NCBI GenBank assembly: GCA_964035545.1
Contig: OZ037766.1
Coordinates: forward strand, 20,386,767 to 20,450,766
Direction: 5' to 3'
DNA from: Bugula neritina
Lineage: Eukaryota > Animalia > Bryozoa
DNA: 64,000 nucleotides
A program made the position numbers and the translations under genes. How positions within the stretch are numbered: the stretch's first letter is position 1; every line of letters begins with the position of its first letter. The notes under the pieces were generated by a model, which saw nothing but the letters and a program-made list of their open reading frames with translations, was not told where the DNA came from and made no database searches. Below, piece after piece: positions 12,996-26,700 of the stretch.

Positions 12996-13879
12996 TGGCA
13001 TTGATCATTCTAACAAGAGTAGTATTAGTTTATTAAATGATGTATATTGATAAGATCAAGACTGACTGAACAGTCTAAGTCCTAAGTCGCATCATTCACA
13101 CACTGGGGAGCAGTCATCGGTATTCACTCATCAATCAGTGTCACTAGTGGTGTTTATTACTCGAGCCATAGTAGCCGACAACAATTCGGCCGTGAGAATT
13201 TTGGCCTAAAAATTAGTGCTCGACGACTGAAAAACTCGTCCAATCAAATGGTTATAAGCGAGATAACTAAACTAAATACTAAAATACTAAAACTAAAACT
13301 AAATACTAAATTTAGCCTGTTAATGTTGTACTTCGTTTTATAGTAATAGACATAGTGATAGTTGTGGTTGTAGACTATAATTTTGGATCATTTCATTTCA
13401 AGTTCAACGCCAGTAAGTGTAATCTCAAGTGTTCTGATTTCATCCTCAATTTACTCTCGCAATACACTTAATCCTAATAGTAATCGGAGTCTTGGTCCTT
13501 AAAGTTATTGTTAAAGTCTGCACCATGCGCCCCTGAGACACTCACAGTCACTGACAGTGACACTCACCGTGTCACAGTCACGTTGTGAGTGTTAGTGTGA
13601 GTGGGCGTGACTCTCAGACTGACTCTTAGAATTAGTGTTACACTTATGTCTATGACTTACTGTTAATGTTAAACAATAGAAAAAAATACATTCTTTTTCA
13701 GTTTTTGAGTTTTTTAATTCTGTGCAAGTCACAAGTGCCGAGTTGAAATTTAAAAAACACTTAAACGGTTCACTCTTCAGTGTGCAAGTGCATGACTCTT
13801 GACTGATGATTGTCATACTCATTGAAAGTCATTGTGATCGACTCAGTCGCATTGACTGTGACAATCTGAATCTTTATTA

Positions 13880-14760
13880 TGGTTTACTGTAATACTATTA
13901 CAGTATTAGTATTACCATTACTAGTACTAGTAGTATTAGTATTACTATTACTATTACTATTAGTATTAGTAGTCTTATTAATATTATAATTATTACTATT
14001 GCTATTAGTATTAGTATTACTATTGCTATTACTAATAGTAATAGCAATAGTAATACTAATAGCAATAGCAATAGTAATACTAATAGTATTAGTATTACTA
14101 TTGCTATTAGTATTACTATTACTATTAGTATTACTAATAGTAATAGTAATAGTAATACTAATAGTATTACTATTACTCAGTACTAGTATTACAGTTTGAT
14201 TTAGTTTTGCGATTTCTTACTATTACATTTACTGATTTAGTAATTTACTGTAACTGTAAGTGTATATATAACTAATACTAATAGTAATAGTAATAACTTA
14301 CTCGAAGTTATCATCACACGGACTGTCCTAGAGGGAGGAAGGGGTGTGCCGCATATGGGTAATCAGTAATGTGTTGGACAGTCATTCACATTGGTCAATA
14401 GTCACACAGTTAGTACTATTTGGGCTGTATTTACTAAACAAGAACATAATCCTATCTATTTAGAGATCCCACTGATTGAGGCTGTCCCCTTGCCGATGAG
14501 ATCGAGTGATGAGATTTACTTTTACTTTGAGTTACTCTGCTAACATATCACTAAAAGTTAATTCTATGACTATAACTATAAGAGTTAATACGTATAAGTA
14601 TTAGTATAACTATAAATCTACTACTACTAGTAGTAGTAGTAGTACTACTACTACTAGTACTATTACTACCAGTATCACCACCACTATTGCTGCTACTGCT
14701 GCTGCTATTACTACTATTGATACTATTACTATTAGTATTAGATGCTAGCCAACTTTTACT
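13880..14760. repeat. Degenerate (AGT/ATT/ACT)n low-complexity tract interrupted by a LINE fragment
   Basis: Long ATTAGT, AATAGT, TACTAT and TAGTAG runs. Confidence 0.85.
14296..14515 (-). mobile_element. LINE 3'-end fragment of the same family as 11495-11895, in inverted orientation
   Basis: Reverse complement of ~11750-11895 (AGAGGGAGGAAGGGGTG..CCGCATATGGGTAA, CATTGGTCAATAGTCA.ACAGTT, TTTGGGCTGTAT.TACT.AAC). Confidence 0.8.
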
Positions 14761-15275
14761 TGTGTTAACTAACTTAACTTCAAGTAACTATTATTTTAAT
14801 TTTTGATTACTATTGAGCTAAAGCTGCATCAAAGTTAATGTGCTATGTTACTTTTAGTAGAACAATTTATGTGGCAAAAAAATTTGCATATAGTTATTTC
14901 TAGTAGCTATTGCATACACATACTGATACAGCTATTTGAATTGTGAAATTTGTTAAAATTTGAGGAGTTTTGTTTTATAACAGTTTATGATCCCTTATTT
15001 TTATATTAAATTCATGTGTTCGAATTTAGGTATAATGTTAAAACTGTTATAATTTACTTTCATATCTTAATTTGACTAGTATTGAATTAAAGAAAGTTAT
15101 CACCAATGTAAAAAATGTTTATCCCCTTTGGCTCACTAAAGTCAGCTGTCACGAGAAAGTTTTTTAAAATTTTAAATCTAAAACATTTATATAGACCTAA
15201 AATTTTGTATAACCGGTGTGTAATTTTTAAACTATAGCAACTGTTTTTAATAGTGTAGATTCCAAATCAAATGAC

Positions 15276-18200
15276 ATGGAAGAACTTGTTGATCCAAATC
15301 ACACCAAAGACTTAATTCACAGCAGGCACGAAAGAAAACGTGTAAGTGATGTGTTTGGCTCTCAAATAAATACTTCATCATGTAACAGTGACAAAATAAA
15401 TGGTATCAACAGTTCAAGTTTAAGCCTAGACAGAAGTTGTATAGCAGCAAATTCCAATAGTAATGGCAGTAGTTCTACAGCCCGTACTGAAAAGCTTGAG
15501 CTTTATGAAGAAAAATATGTGTCTAATGATTGTGATGATAATGGTTCTGATTGTCATAGTAGTAGAGACAGCCATCAATCCAACCCGTTTATTTTTGTTA
15601 AAGCAGAAAATATGGAACCAATTGAGTGGGAATATTTTGGATTTTATAAATGTAAAGAATCAGAGGAGGTGCTCACAGATAAAACTATGTGTAAACTATG
15701 CCATAGGCTAGTAACTTATTCGGGTTCAAGTACTGATAGTATGCAGCAACACTTAATCAATGTTCACAGCTTCAATAAAAGTTTTCTTGAAGCGCAAGAA
15801 GGTTCTAGCAATTTTCAGCAAGTAGCATTGAGTCTTTCCTCAGAAGGTTTTGACATTGTTCCTCCTCCACCCAAATTAAGATCATTTGTTTGGCAGTATT
15901 TTAGCTTTTGTAAAAGGAGAGAATCTGCTGATTCTAAATATGACAAAGCCTGGTGTAAATTATGTCATGAAATGCTAGAATACAACAGCGACCAAAGTAC
16001 TTCTTGTATGGAAAAACATTTGGTGAAGCACCATAAGATGAATTTGCATGAACATGAACCATCAAAAGATGATGAAGTAGTTGAAAACCCATCTAAATAT
16101 GAATTTGTGCCAGTAAAAGATGATAAAGCCCCTGTGTGGACATACTTTGGGTTTTATAAAGTAAAAGAAACTGATGAAATTAAAAAAGATTGTACTATGT
16201 GCAAGCTTTGCGGGCATATGATTAAATATCATCAAGACTCTACAACCAACATGGCCACACACTTGAAACACAATCATGATATTAATGTGCTAAAAAATTC
16301 ATGCATTCTACCCAATAGCACTGGAGAAGGCTCACTTAGTGGTGGCTTAAGCACCAAAGGTTGTAATAAAGAGAATGACCAGCTAGCTGAAATTGCAAAA
16401 CATGAATCTGTTGATGAGTATGTTTTCGTTGAAGTAAACAACGTCAAAGAAGTTGTATGGAATTTTTTTGGGTTTTACAAGGTTAAAGATGCAGATGAAA
16501 CTCGCACTGATAAAGTGATGTGTAAATTTTGCAAGGATTTTGTCAAGTATGTGGATAACAATAACAATCATATGAAACAACATTTAACCAATGTCCACAT
16601 GTTTAGTGAAAATGCTCTGAAATTGATGGTATTTAATAATTCAAAAGAGTCCCTCAATACTCACAAATCTGTAGTGCAACGATCAAGTGGTGAATTTGAT
16701 CTTTTTCCACCTTCATCTTCAGTTTGGTTGTATTTTGGTTACTGTAAAGAAAAAGGATCTACTCAAACTGAGTTGGATCGAACTTGGTGCAAATTGTGCA
16801 ACCACATATTGATATATACATCTGGAAGTGAGAAAAGAATGCTATCTCACTTAGCAACGCATCATAAAATTCAGATTGGCTCAAAAACATCTATACCAAT
16901 AAAAAAGATTTATGACGTTTCTAATTCTATATTTGAAAACGCCAAATCTAATTTTGAAGTAGTGCCTGTCAGAAAGCAATTTAAAGCTGTGGTATGGCAG
17001 TATTTTGGCTTTTACAAAATAAAAGGAACAAATGATATTAAAACAGACTACACCTGCTGTAGACTTTGTGGAAATTTTGTCAAATATTCTAAAGGTTCCA
17101 CTTCAATGATGAAAAAGCATTTGAAAATATACCACGATATTGACATGGGACGAACAAACTCTAATTTTCTAAAAGTTAATGCAGACAATGCATTGGTTGG
17201 TGTAAATGGCATTGATAAGGATAAAAGTTCTGATTATTATTCGTTTGTTGAAGCAAATGAAATGAGAGGACTTGAATGGAAGCATTTTGGATTTTATAAA
17301 GTCAATGGATCAGAAAAAGTTTGCACAGATAAAGCAATGTGTCGATTTTGCAATAAGCTTATTGACTACTTGGATGACAGTACCGTTGATATGCAAAAAC
17401 ATTTAATTGATGTGCATGGGTTTCACCGAAAAGCTTTGGAAGAAGAATCGTTGCATGATTCTTTAGCAGACCTATCTTCTGGTGGGCTTAGTGTTGACAA
17501 AAATTTCTTGTCCCAAATGTCGGTCTGGAAATATTTTAGTGATTGTCAGGAAAATAAACTTAATCAAAGTGTACTCAAACGAATTTCTTGTAATTTGTGC
17601 AACCAAACCCTACTGTATTCTGGTAACAATACAACTAAATTAAGGTTTCATTTAGCAAAGCACCATGCAATAAAAGTCAGTCCAAGACGTTCCCGCCTCA
17701 TGGATCCTGTTACTTCAAGTTACAAGGAAATGAATGTGTCCGGAGTACCTTATTCTAATTATGAGTTTGTCCCTTTGAAGAAGCCTCGTAAAGAATCTGT
17801 GTGGCAATATTTTGGTTTTTACAAAATCAAAGGAACAGGTCAAGTTAGAAAAGACTACACTTGCTGCAAACTTTGTAAATACATGTCAAAATATGCAAGT
17901 GGCTGTACATCATTGATGAAAGATCATTTGCAACATTTTCATGGAATAGATGTGCATCGAATTCTTTTTGCTGCTAAGTCACGAAAACAGCAGCAGGAAA
18001 AATTCAAGGTTAGTAAAATATTTTTCACATATATCTATTTAATTGGTATTTGTTGTCTCCTGTCAGAAACAAATTAATAGAATTCTACAAGTTTTCCTTG
18101 TATTACTTAATATGTTGATGTATTTTTCACAGCCTTCAATTTTTTGCAGAAATTGGTGGGCCAACAATTCTGTAAAGATGCACGTTGTGGTAGATCAATC

Positions 18201-20286
18201 AAATTAGAATCTGATGGCTCTCCACCACAATTTTGCGCAGGGTGTGGCAATGGTCTGTCCGAAATATTAGCTCCACTGTGGAAAACTTTCGATATATTTT
18301 GTAAAACTTGTGGTAAATTGATTGTGAAATCAGATGATGCCATGTTTTGCACTCGTTGTGGAAGTCAGACTCCACAAGGTAGGTTTGTTACAGCTTTTTA
18401 TAAAGTCCTAGACAATTTTATGAACTAAGTAGTTTGCTGTAATGTTTTCAATTCTGGAATATAAAAATCTTTTCTCAGGTTCCATCGTAAACAGTGCACA
18501 CATTAAAAAAATTTATCAGGCTTACCATGTTCTACAAGAATACTTGCAAAAGTTTAGCAATCTTGTTTTGGCTATTATAGTTTCAAAATACCTTTGGTTA
18601 GATTCCTTTACTTTTCTAACCAACCCTCTCTTCCTATGCTTTTGCTGTTTTTTACATTTCATTGTAAGCATGTGTTGAATTTGTATTTAAGAAGTGGTTC
18701 CTGTGATGAAACATATGGCTGAAAGTGATGCAATGTCAGTTGTCGTAAAACAGGAGCATGAGAAACAAATTACTGTACCCATTGTAGAATCTGGTGAGCT
18801 TTTAAAAAACCTTTCATAATTTGAGAAAAATATTAAGTTTCTGCTTTAAAGCTAGGCCTTTCTTTCTTGTTTATGCTGATTAATTCTTTTGGGTTCCTAC
18901 TTTCAACTTATCATATCTTCAGTTTGTGTTAGTTTCCAAGATATGTATGCTTAGTATTAATGGACATTGCGTAATATATTACACTTTAGTTACATTTGCA
19001 TTATTATAATTTTTGTTGTGCACCAGAGAATATCGCTGAAGACCTCACAGTCCCTATGGAAGTAAAACAAGAATATGAAGATCAAGACCTTGGACTTTCC
19101 ACATCTACTGGTTAGTCATTTATGCTTCAAATTGATATGCCTCAGTTGTAAAACAGAACACTGTGATGTTTTGAATTTTTACCTCTTATGAAAGTGTATA
19201 CTTTATTTTGTGTGTATTGTATTAATTAGTCTTCACTATATTTTTGTAGAGGACAGGGGAAAAAGCTTTCAAGGAAACCCCTTTCATTGCAAGGTTTGTT
19301 GCTATAAAGCAAGCTCTAAGAAGGACTTGGACAAGCATTACCAAACTGCTCACAGGGCACAAGTGCAGCGTGATCTTCTGGAGTGTGATGTCTGCCAATA
19401 CCGAACTTCTTACTTGCCGGATTTTACTGAGCATGCCAAAATCCACTTGAACTCAGATGTAAATATTAAAGATCTACACGAGCCCAACTTCATTTCAGCA
19501 TTTGATGATCAGACAGATCGGCTACATGGTTTGATCGAGCATATCAAAGTACAGAAGCAGGCATCTGTGATTTCTGAAGATTTGCCCTTACAACAGTCGG
19601 ATGAGGCGAGTGGAAATGCTGATGTGACTCATTCTACGAAAAAGCAATTTCATCTAAAAAGGGTTTCTGCAAGAACGATAACTCGCCATTGCAAAGTTTG
19701 CAACAAAATATTCAAATCACTGGAAGCACTAAAGCATCACATGTTGTTTGCTTCCTGCACTCCAACTATGCTTACATGCGAGGAATGTGGTTTTATAACT
19801 GACAAATTTGATAGTTTACGTGGGCATAAGCGACGTAACCATGGAAACATAGTATTGAAAAAATGCAATTATTGTGACAAAACATTTAAACGCCAGCGAA
19901 ACCTTGATGAGCATATGAACACTCATACTGGATCAACTCCATTTCAGTGTGATAAATGCGGTAAAGCATTTCATACCAACAGCTCATGGTATAAACATAA
20001 GCGTAATAATTGTCAACAGGGCCCTAGAGACAGGAAGTTGTGTTCACATTGCGGCAAGTCTGTTTTTAATCTCAGCAAGCATATCAGCGATGTCCATTTC
20101 AATATTAAAGCGTTCTGCTGTCCAACCTGTAAGAAGTCATTTGGTACTCAATATCATCTGGACAGGCATGCTCGAATACACACTGGAGAAAAGCCTTATG
20201 CTTGCCAGTTCTGTGATTATCGTGCTAGTCAAAAGGTGGTTACTGATAACCATATGAAGAGGTGTAAAAACAAACCTGCAAACTAG
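15276..20286 (+). CDS. Multi-zinc-finger protein: 9 BED fingers + double-zinc-ribbon module + 9 C2H2/C2HC fingers; exons 15276-18008, 18150-18378, 18692-18793, 19027-19110, 19250-20286 (~1394 aa; N-terminus may extend through the acceptor at 15258)
   Basis: Nine W-x-[YFH]-F...C-x2-C...H-L-x3-H BED motifs in the 933-aa ORF; four Cys pairs in exon 2; C2H2 array with TGEKPY/TGSTPF linkers in the last exon. All five exons join through GT-AG in compatible phases. Confidence 0.85.
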
Positions 20287-20793
20287 TGGGGTTTTTCTCA
20301 TGTTTATACACATTTACTTTGTATTTTTGCTGAATCAGACTAGTTTATATCTTGTATTTTCTAATGTTTATGGTTATACACTGCTTTTTTATGTTCAACC
20401 ATTATTAATCATATATACAAGTGTCCTTTAGGCTTATAAGGCACTGTAATTTGCTTCTTGATTTTATCATATTTTGTCTAAAACTTGTACTTTTTATATT
20501 AGCTTTGTTGTCAAATACATTAAGCTTTCTAATTTTCAAATTTACATTTATTTGTGTTAACAAAAAAGAAGTTACAAAGTTGAAAATTAACAAGCAAACT
20601 TATAAGCTCAAACCATGTAATGAATAACTAACTTCCAGTGCTTATTTTGGTTACTAAAGTAATTACTTGATACACTGCAAAAAGTTTTAGTTATATTTGT
20701 AACATTTTAAATTATGTCATACTTCCATGGCTCAAAATATAACAAGGTACTCTGCTCACAAATCGAGCCAATTTGCAATGATAACATTTGCCA

Positions 20794-23700
20794 TTACCAC
20801 CTTTGTAATAATGAAATCCTCTGATGTTTCTGCACCGCCATTTCACTAAAATCAAAGCAGTCTGCATTTTCATTCAATATATACATTTTTGCACATTTTT
20901 CCCCAATTATTTCAACAAGCTTATAAATGTTACTTTTGCAACTACATTATGTTCCAACAAAGCTGTCAAAATTAATTTCATTAAATATTACTAAGTAACA
21001 AGTTTGGCATTTTAATACAAATTCTGTATAATATTCATTAGATTTCTTTGAAGTTTATAATTTGTTACTAATACTTACCATCAGCTCTACGATTGTTTTT
21101 GGAAATGAATTTGTTTTCTGTTGTCGAAGCATCATTTGGTACTGTGTTAGTTTTTTCCTTTGCACAGTTTATCTCTTCAGCCGTCACCTTGCCAACAAGT
21201 TTGGTTCTTTCTGTGTATGAATCTTGAGTTTTAAATGGCATCTCTGTTGATACGTTGCTTACATACTCATTGGTGACACCTTTCAGTAGAGCAGTGTGTC
21301 CAGTCGCTGGAAACTGAATATGTATCAAGTTTTTGACATTGGTCGCAGCTAATAACCAATTTTTGGTAAGCATTGAATTTTGACTAGTAACTGTGTAGTT
21401 GGTTGACCTTATGAAATTGTTTGAAGTTGTGCTTTCATGTGTTGGCTTGATTTCCGCAGTTGTACCAGTTACTAAGTTGGTATTGCTGATATTAGCAGTA
21501 TTGTTGACTGTCAAAGTGGTGTTTGTGAGAAGAGCATTAGCAGTTGTTGAAACTGTGTGTCTGTAAGTTGATGTTTGCAAATGTGTTCTTGGCTGGGCTC
21601 TAACAGTTGTGTCATTCGCACTTGTCCAATAATCAGCAGAAGAGGTTACAGGCGATTGTGAGTCTACCTGAGTTGTTGTGGAAGGAGTTAAAGTTGATTG
21701 TGAGGATGACTGGGTTGTTGTGGGAGGAGTTAAGGTCGATTGTGAGTATGTCTTGGTAGTTGTTGGAGGAGTTAAAGTTGGTTGTGAGTATGTATTAGTT
21801 GTTGTAGGAGGAGTTAAGCTTGATTGTGAGTATGCTTGAGTTGTTGTGGGGGGAGTCAAAGTTGTTTGTGAGTACGCTTGGGTAGTTGTGGGAGGAGTTA
21901 ATGTTGGTTGTGAGTATGTCTTAGTTGTTGTGGGAGGAGTTAAGCTTGACTGTGAGTATGCTTGAGTTTTTGTGGGAGAACTTAAAGTTGATTGTGAGAA
22001 TGACTGGTTTGCTGTGGGAGGAGTTACGGTCGATTTTGAGTGTGTCTTAGTTGTTGCGGGAGAGGTTATGATTGATTGTGAGTATGTCTTAGTAGTGGTG
22101 AGAGGAGTTAATGTTGGTTGTGAGGATGACTGGGTTGTTGTAGGAGGAGTTAAGCTTGATTGTGAGGATGACTGAGCTGTTGTGGGAGGAGTCAAGTTTG
22201 ATTGTGAGTATGCTTGAGTTGTTGTGGGAGAACTTAAAGTTGATTGTGAGTATGTCTTAGTAGTGGTGGCAGGAGTCAAGGTTGATCGAGAGTATGCTTG
22301 AGTTGTTGTGGGAGGAGTCAAAGTTGTTTGTGAGTACCCTTGGGTAGTTGTAGGAAAAGTTAATGTTGCTTCTGAGTATGTCTTAGTTGTTGTGGGAGGA
22401 GTTAAGGTCGATTGTGAGTATGTCCTAGTTGTTGTGGGAGGAGTTAAAGTTGGTTGTGAGTATGTATTAGTTGTTGTGGGAGGAGTTAAGCTTGATTGTG
22501 AGTATGCTTGAGTTGTTGTGGGGGGAGTCAAAGTTGTTTGTGAGTACGCTTGGGTAGTTGTGGGAGGAGTTAATGTTGGTTGTGAGTATGTCTTAGTTGT
22601 TGTGGGAGGAGTTAAGCTTGATTGTGAGTATGCTTGAGTTTTTGTGGGAGAACTTAAAGTTGATTGTGAGAATGACTGGGTTGCTGTGGGAGGAGTTACG
22701 GTCGATTTTGAGTATGTCTTAGTTGTTGCGGGAGAGGTTATGATTGATTGTGAGTATGTCTTAGTAGCAGTGGGAGGAATCAAAGTTGATCGAGAGTATG
22801 TCTTAGTTGTTGTGGGAGGAGTTAATGTTGGTTGTAAGAATGACTGGGTTGATGTAGGAGGAGTTAAGCTTGATTGTGAGGATGACTGAGTTGTTGTGGG
22901 AGGAGTCAAGTTTGATTGTGAGTATGTCCTAGTTGTTGTGGGAGGAGTCAAAGTTGATTGAGAGTACCCTTGGGTAGTTGTGGGAAAAGTTAAGCTTGAT
23001 TGTGAGTATGCTTGAGTTGTTGTGGAAGGAGTTGAAGTTGGTTGTGAGTATGTATTAGTTGTTGTAGGTGGAGTTAATGTTGTTTGTGAGTATGTATTAG
23101 TTGTTGTGGGAGGAGTCAAAGTTGATTGTGAGTATGTCTTAGTTGTAGTGAGAAGGGTAATAGTTGTTTGTGAGGCTGACTGGGTTGTTGTGGGAGGAGT
23201 TAATGTTGTTTCTGAGTATGTCTTGGGAGTTGTTGTGGGAGAAGTTAAGCTTGATTGTGAGGATGACTGAGTTTTTGTAGGAGAAGTTAAGGTTGATGGT
23301 GTGTATGTCTTAGTTGTTGTAAGAGGAGTAGTGGTTGATTGTGAGTATGTCTTAGTAGTGGTGGGAGGGGTCAAAGTTGATTGAGAGAATGTCTTAGTTG
23401 TTGTGAGAGGAGTTAATGTTGGTTGTGAGTATGTTTTATCTGTTGTAGGAGGAGTTAATGTTGTTTTTGAGTATGTCTTAGGAGTTGTTGTGGGAAAAGT
23501 CAAAGTTGATTGCGAGTATGTTTTGGTAACTGTAGGCAGAGTTAAGGCTGTTTGTGAGTATGTCTTAGTAGTTGTGGGAGGAGTTAATGTTGCTTCTGAG
23601 TATGTCTTAGTTGTTGTGGGAGGAGTTAAGGTCGATTGTGAGTATGTCCTAGTTGTTGTGGGAGGAGTTAATGCTGTTTTTGAGTATGCTTGAGTAGTTG

Positions 23701-26700
23701 TGGGAGTAATTATGGTTGGTTGTGAGTATCTCTTAGTAATTGTAGACGGAGTTAATTTTGTTTGTGAATATGCTTGAGTTGCGGCAGGAGTCAAAGTTGG
23801 TTGTGAGTATGCTTGAGTTGTTGTGGGAGGAGTCAAAGTTGTTTGTGAGTATGCTTGTGTTGCGTCAGGAGTCAAAGTTGGTTGTGAGTATGTATTAGTT
23901 GTTGTGGGAGGAGTCAAAGTTGATTGTGAGTATGTCTTAGTTGTAGTGAGAAGAGTAATAGTTGTTTGTGAGGATGACTGAGTTGTTGGAGGAGTTAATG
24001 TTGTTTGTGAGTATGCTTGAGTTGTTGTGGGAGAACTTAAGCTTGATTGTGAGGATGACTGGGTTTTTGTAGGAGAAGTTAAGGTTGATGGTGTGTATGT
24101 CTTAGTTGTTGTAAGAGGAGTAGTGGTTGATTGTGAGTATGTCCTAGTTGTTGTGGGAGGAGTTAAAGTTGGTTGTGAGTATGTATTAGTTGTTGTGGGA
24201 GAAGTTAAGCTTGATTGTGAGTATGCTTGAGTTGTTGTGGGGGGAGTCAAAGTTGTTTGTGAGTATGTCTTAGGAGTTGTGGGAGAAGTTAATGTTGTTT
24301 GTAAGTATGCTTGGGTAGTTGTGGGAGGAGTTAATGTTGGTTGTGAGTATGCTTGGGTAGTTGTGGGAGGAGTTAATTTTGTTTGTGAGTATGCTTGAGT
24401 TGCGGAAGAAGTCAAAGTTGGTTGTGAGTATGCTTGAGTTGTTGTGGGAGAAGTTAAGCTTGATTGTGAGTATGCTTGAGTTGCGTCAGGAGTCAAAGTT
24501 GGTTGTGAGTATGCTTGAGTTGCGTCAGGAGTCAAAGTTGGTTGTGAGTACGCTTGAGTAGTTGTGGGAGGAGTTGAAGTTGGTTGTGAGTATAATTGAG
24601 TTGTTGTAGGCAGAGTTAATGTTGTTTGTGAGTATGTCTTAGTTGTTGTGGGAGGAGTCAAAGTTGATTGTGAGTATGTCTTAGTTGTAGTGAGAAGAGT
24701 AATAGTTGTTTGTGAGGATGACTGAGTTGTTGTGGGAGGAGTCAAGTTTGATTGTGAGTATGCTTGAGTTGTTGTGGAAGGAGTTAAGGTTGTTTGTGAG
24801 TATGTATTAGTAGTTGTGGGAGGAGTCAAAGTTGATTGTGAGTATGTCATAGTGGTTGTTGGAGAACTTAAGCTTGATTGTGAGGATGGCTGAGTTTTTG
24901 TAGGAGAAGTTAAGGTTGATGGTGTGTATGTCTTAGTTGTTGTAAGAGGAGTAGTGGTTGATTGTGAGTATGTCCTAGTTGTTGTGGGAGGAGTTAAAGT
25001 TGGTTGTGAGTATGTATTAGTTGTTGTGGGAGAAGTTAAGCTTGATTGTGAGTATGCTTGAGTTGTTGTGGGGGGAGTCAAAGTTGTTTGTGAGTACGCT
25101 TGGGTAGTTGTGGGAGGAGTTAATGTTGGTTGTGAGTATGTCTTAGTTGTTGCGGGAGAGGTTATGATTGATTGTGAGTATGTCTTAGTAGCAGTGGGAG
25201 GAATCAAAGTTGATCGAGAGTATGTCTTAGTTGTTGTGGGAGGAGTTAATGTTGGTTGTAAGGATGACTGGGTTGATGTAGGAGGAGTTAAGCTTGATTG
25301 TGAGGATGACTGAGTTGTTGTGGGAGGAGTCAAGTTTGATTGTGAGTATGTCCTAGTTGTTGTGGGAGGAGTCAAAGTTGATTGAGAGTACCCTTGGGTA
25401 GTTGTGGGAAAAGTTAAGCTTGATTGTGAGTATGTCTTAGTTGTTGTGGGAGGAGTTGAAGTTGGTTGTGAGTATGTCTTAGTTGTTGTGGGAGAAGTTA
25501 ATGTTGTTTGTGAGTATGCTTGAGTAGTTTTGGGAGAACTTAAGCTTGATTGTGAGGATGACTGAGTTTTTGTAGGAGAAGTTAAGGTTGATGGTGTGTA
25601 TGTCTTAGTTGTTGTAAGAGGAGTAGTGGTTGATTGTGAGTATGTCTTAGTAGTGGTGGGAGGGGTCAAAGTTGATTGAGAGAATGTCTTAGTTGTTGTG
25701 AGAGGAGTTAATGTTGGTTGTGAGTATGTTTTATCTGTTGTAGGAGGAGTTAATGTTGTTTTTAAGTATGTCTTAGGAGTTGTTGTGGGAAAAGTCAAAG
25801 TTGATTGCGAGTATGTTTTGGTAACTGTAGGCAGAGTTAAGGCTGTTTGTGAGTATGTCTTAGTAGTTGTGGGAGGAGTTAATGTTGCTTCTGAGTATGT
25901 CTTAGTTGTTGTGGGAGGAGTTAAGGTCGATTGTGAGTATGTCCTAGTTGTTGTGGGAGGAGTTAATGTTGTTTTTGAGTATGCTTGAGTAGTTGTGGGA
26001 GTAATTATGGTTGGTTGTGAGTATCTCTTAGTAATTGTAGACGGAGTTAATTTTGTTTGTGAGTATGCTTGAGTTGCGTCAGGAGTCAAAGTTGGTTGTG
26101 AGTACGCTTGAGTAGTTGTGGGAGGAGTTGAAGTTGGTTGTGAGTATGCTTGAGTTGTTGTAGGCGGAGTTAATGTTGTTTGTGAGTATGTCTTAGTTGT
26201 TGTGGGAGGAGTCAAAGTTGATTGTGAGTATGTCTTAGTTGTAGTGAGAAGAGTAATAGTTGTTTGTGAGGATGACTGAGTTGTTGGAGGAGTTAATGTT
26301 GTTTGTGAGTATGCTTGAGTTGTTGTGGGAGAACTTAAGCTTGATTGTGAGGATGACTGGGTTTTTGTAGGAGAAGTTAAGGTTGATGGTGTGTATGTCT
26401 TAGTTGTTGTAAGAGGAGTAGTGGTTGATTGTGAGTATGTCTTAGTAGTGGTGGGAGGGGTCAAAGTTGATTGAGAGAATGTCTTAGTTGTTGTGAGAGA
26501 AGTTAATGTTGGTTGTGAGTATGTTTTATCTGTCGTAGGAGGAGTTAATGTTGTTTTTAAGTATGTCTTAGGAGTTGTTGTGGGAAAAGTCAAAGTTGAT
26601 TGCGAGTATGTTTTGGTAACTGTAGGCAGAGTTAAGGCTGTTTGTGAGTATGTCTTACGAGTTGTTGTGGGAAAAGTCAAAGTTGGTTGTGAGTATGTCT

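Noticed and set aside
12722-14199. Very hydrophobic Ile/Leu/Val ORFs resembling membrane peptides
   Set aside because: They arise from AT-rich tri/hexanucleotide low-complexity DNA and are open on both strands at 12.7-12.95 kb. No splice or homology support.
15276-18077. BED ORF as an autonomous hAT transposase
   Set aside because: No DDE/RNase H-like or hAT dimerisation domain, no flanking TIR or TSD, and it splices in phase to host-type exons.
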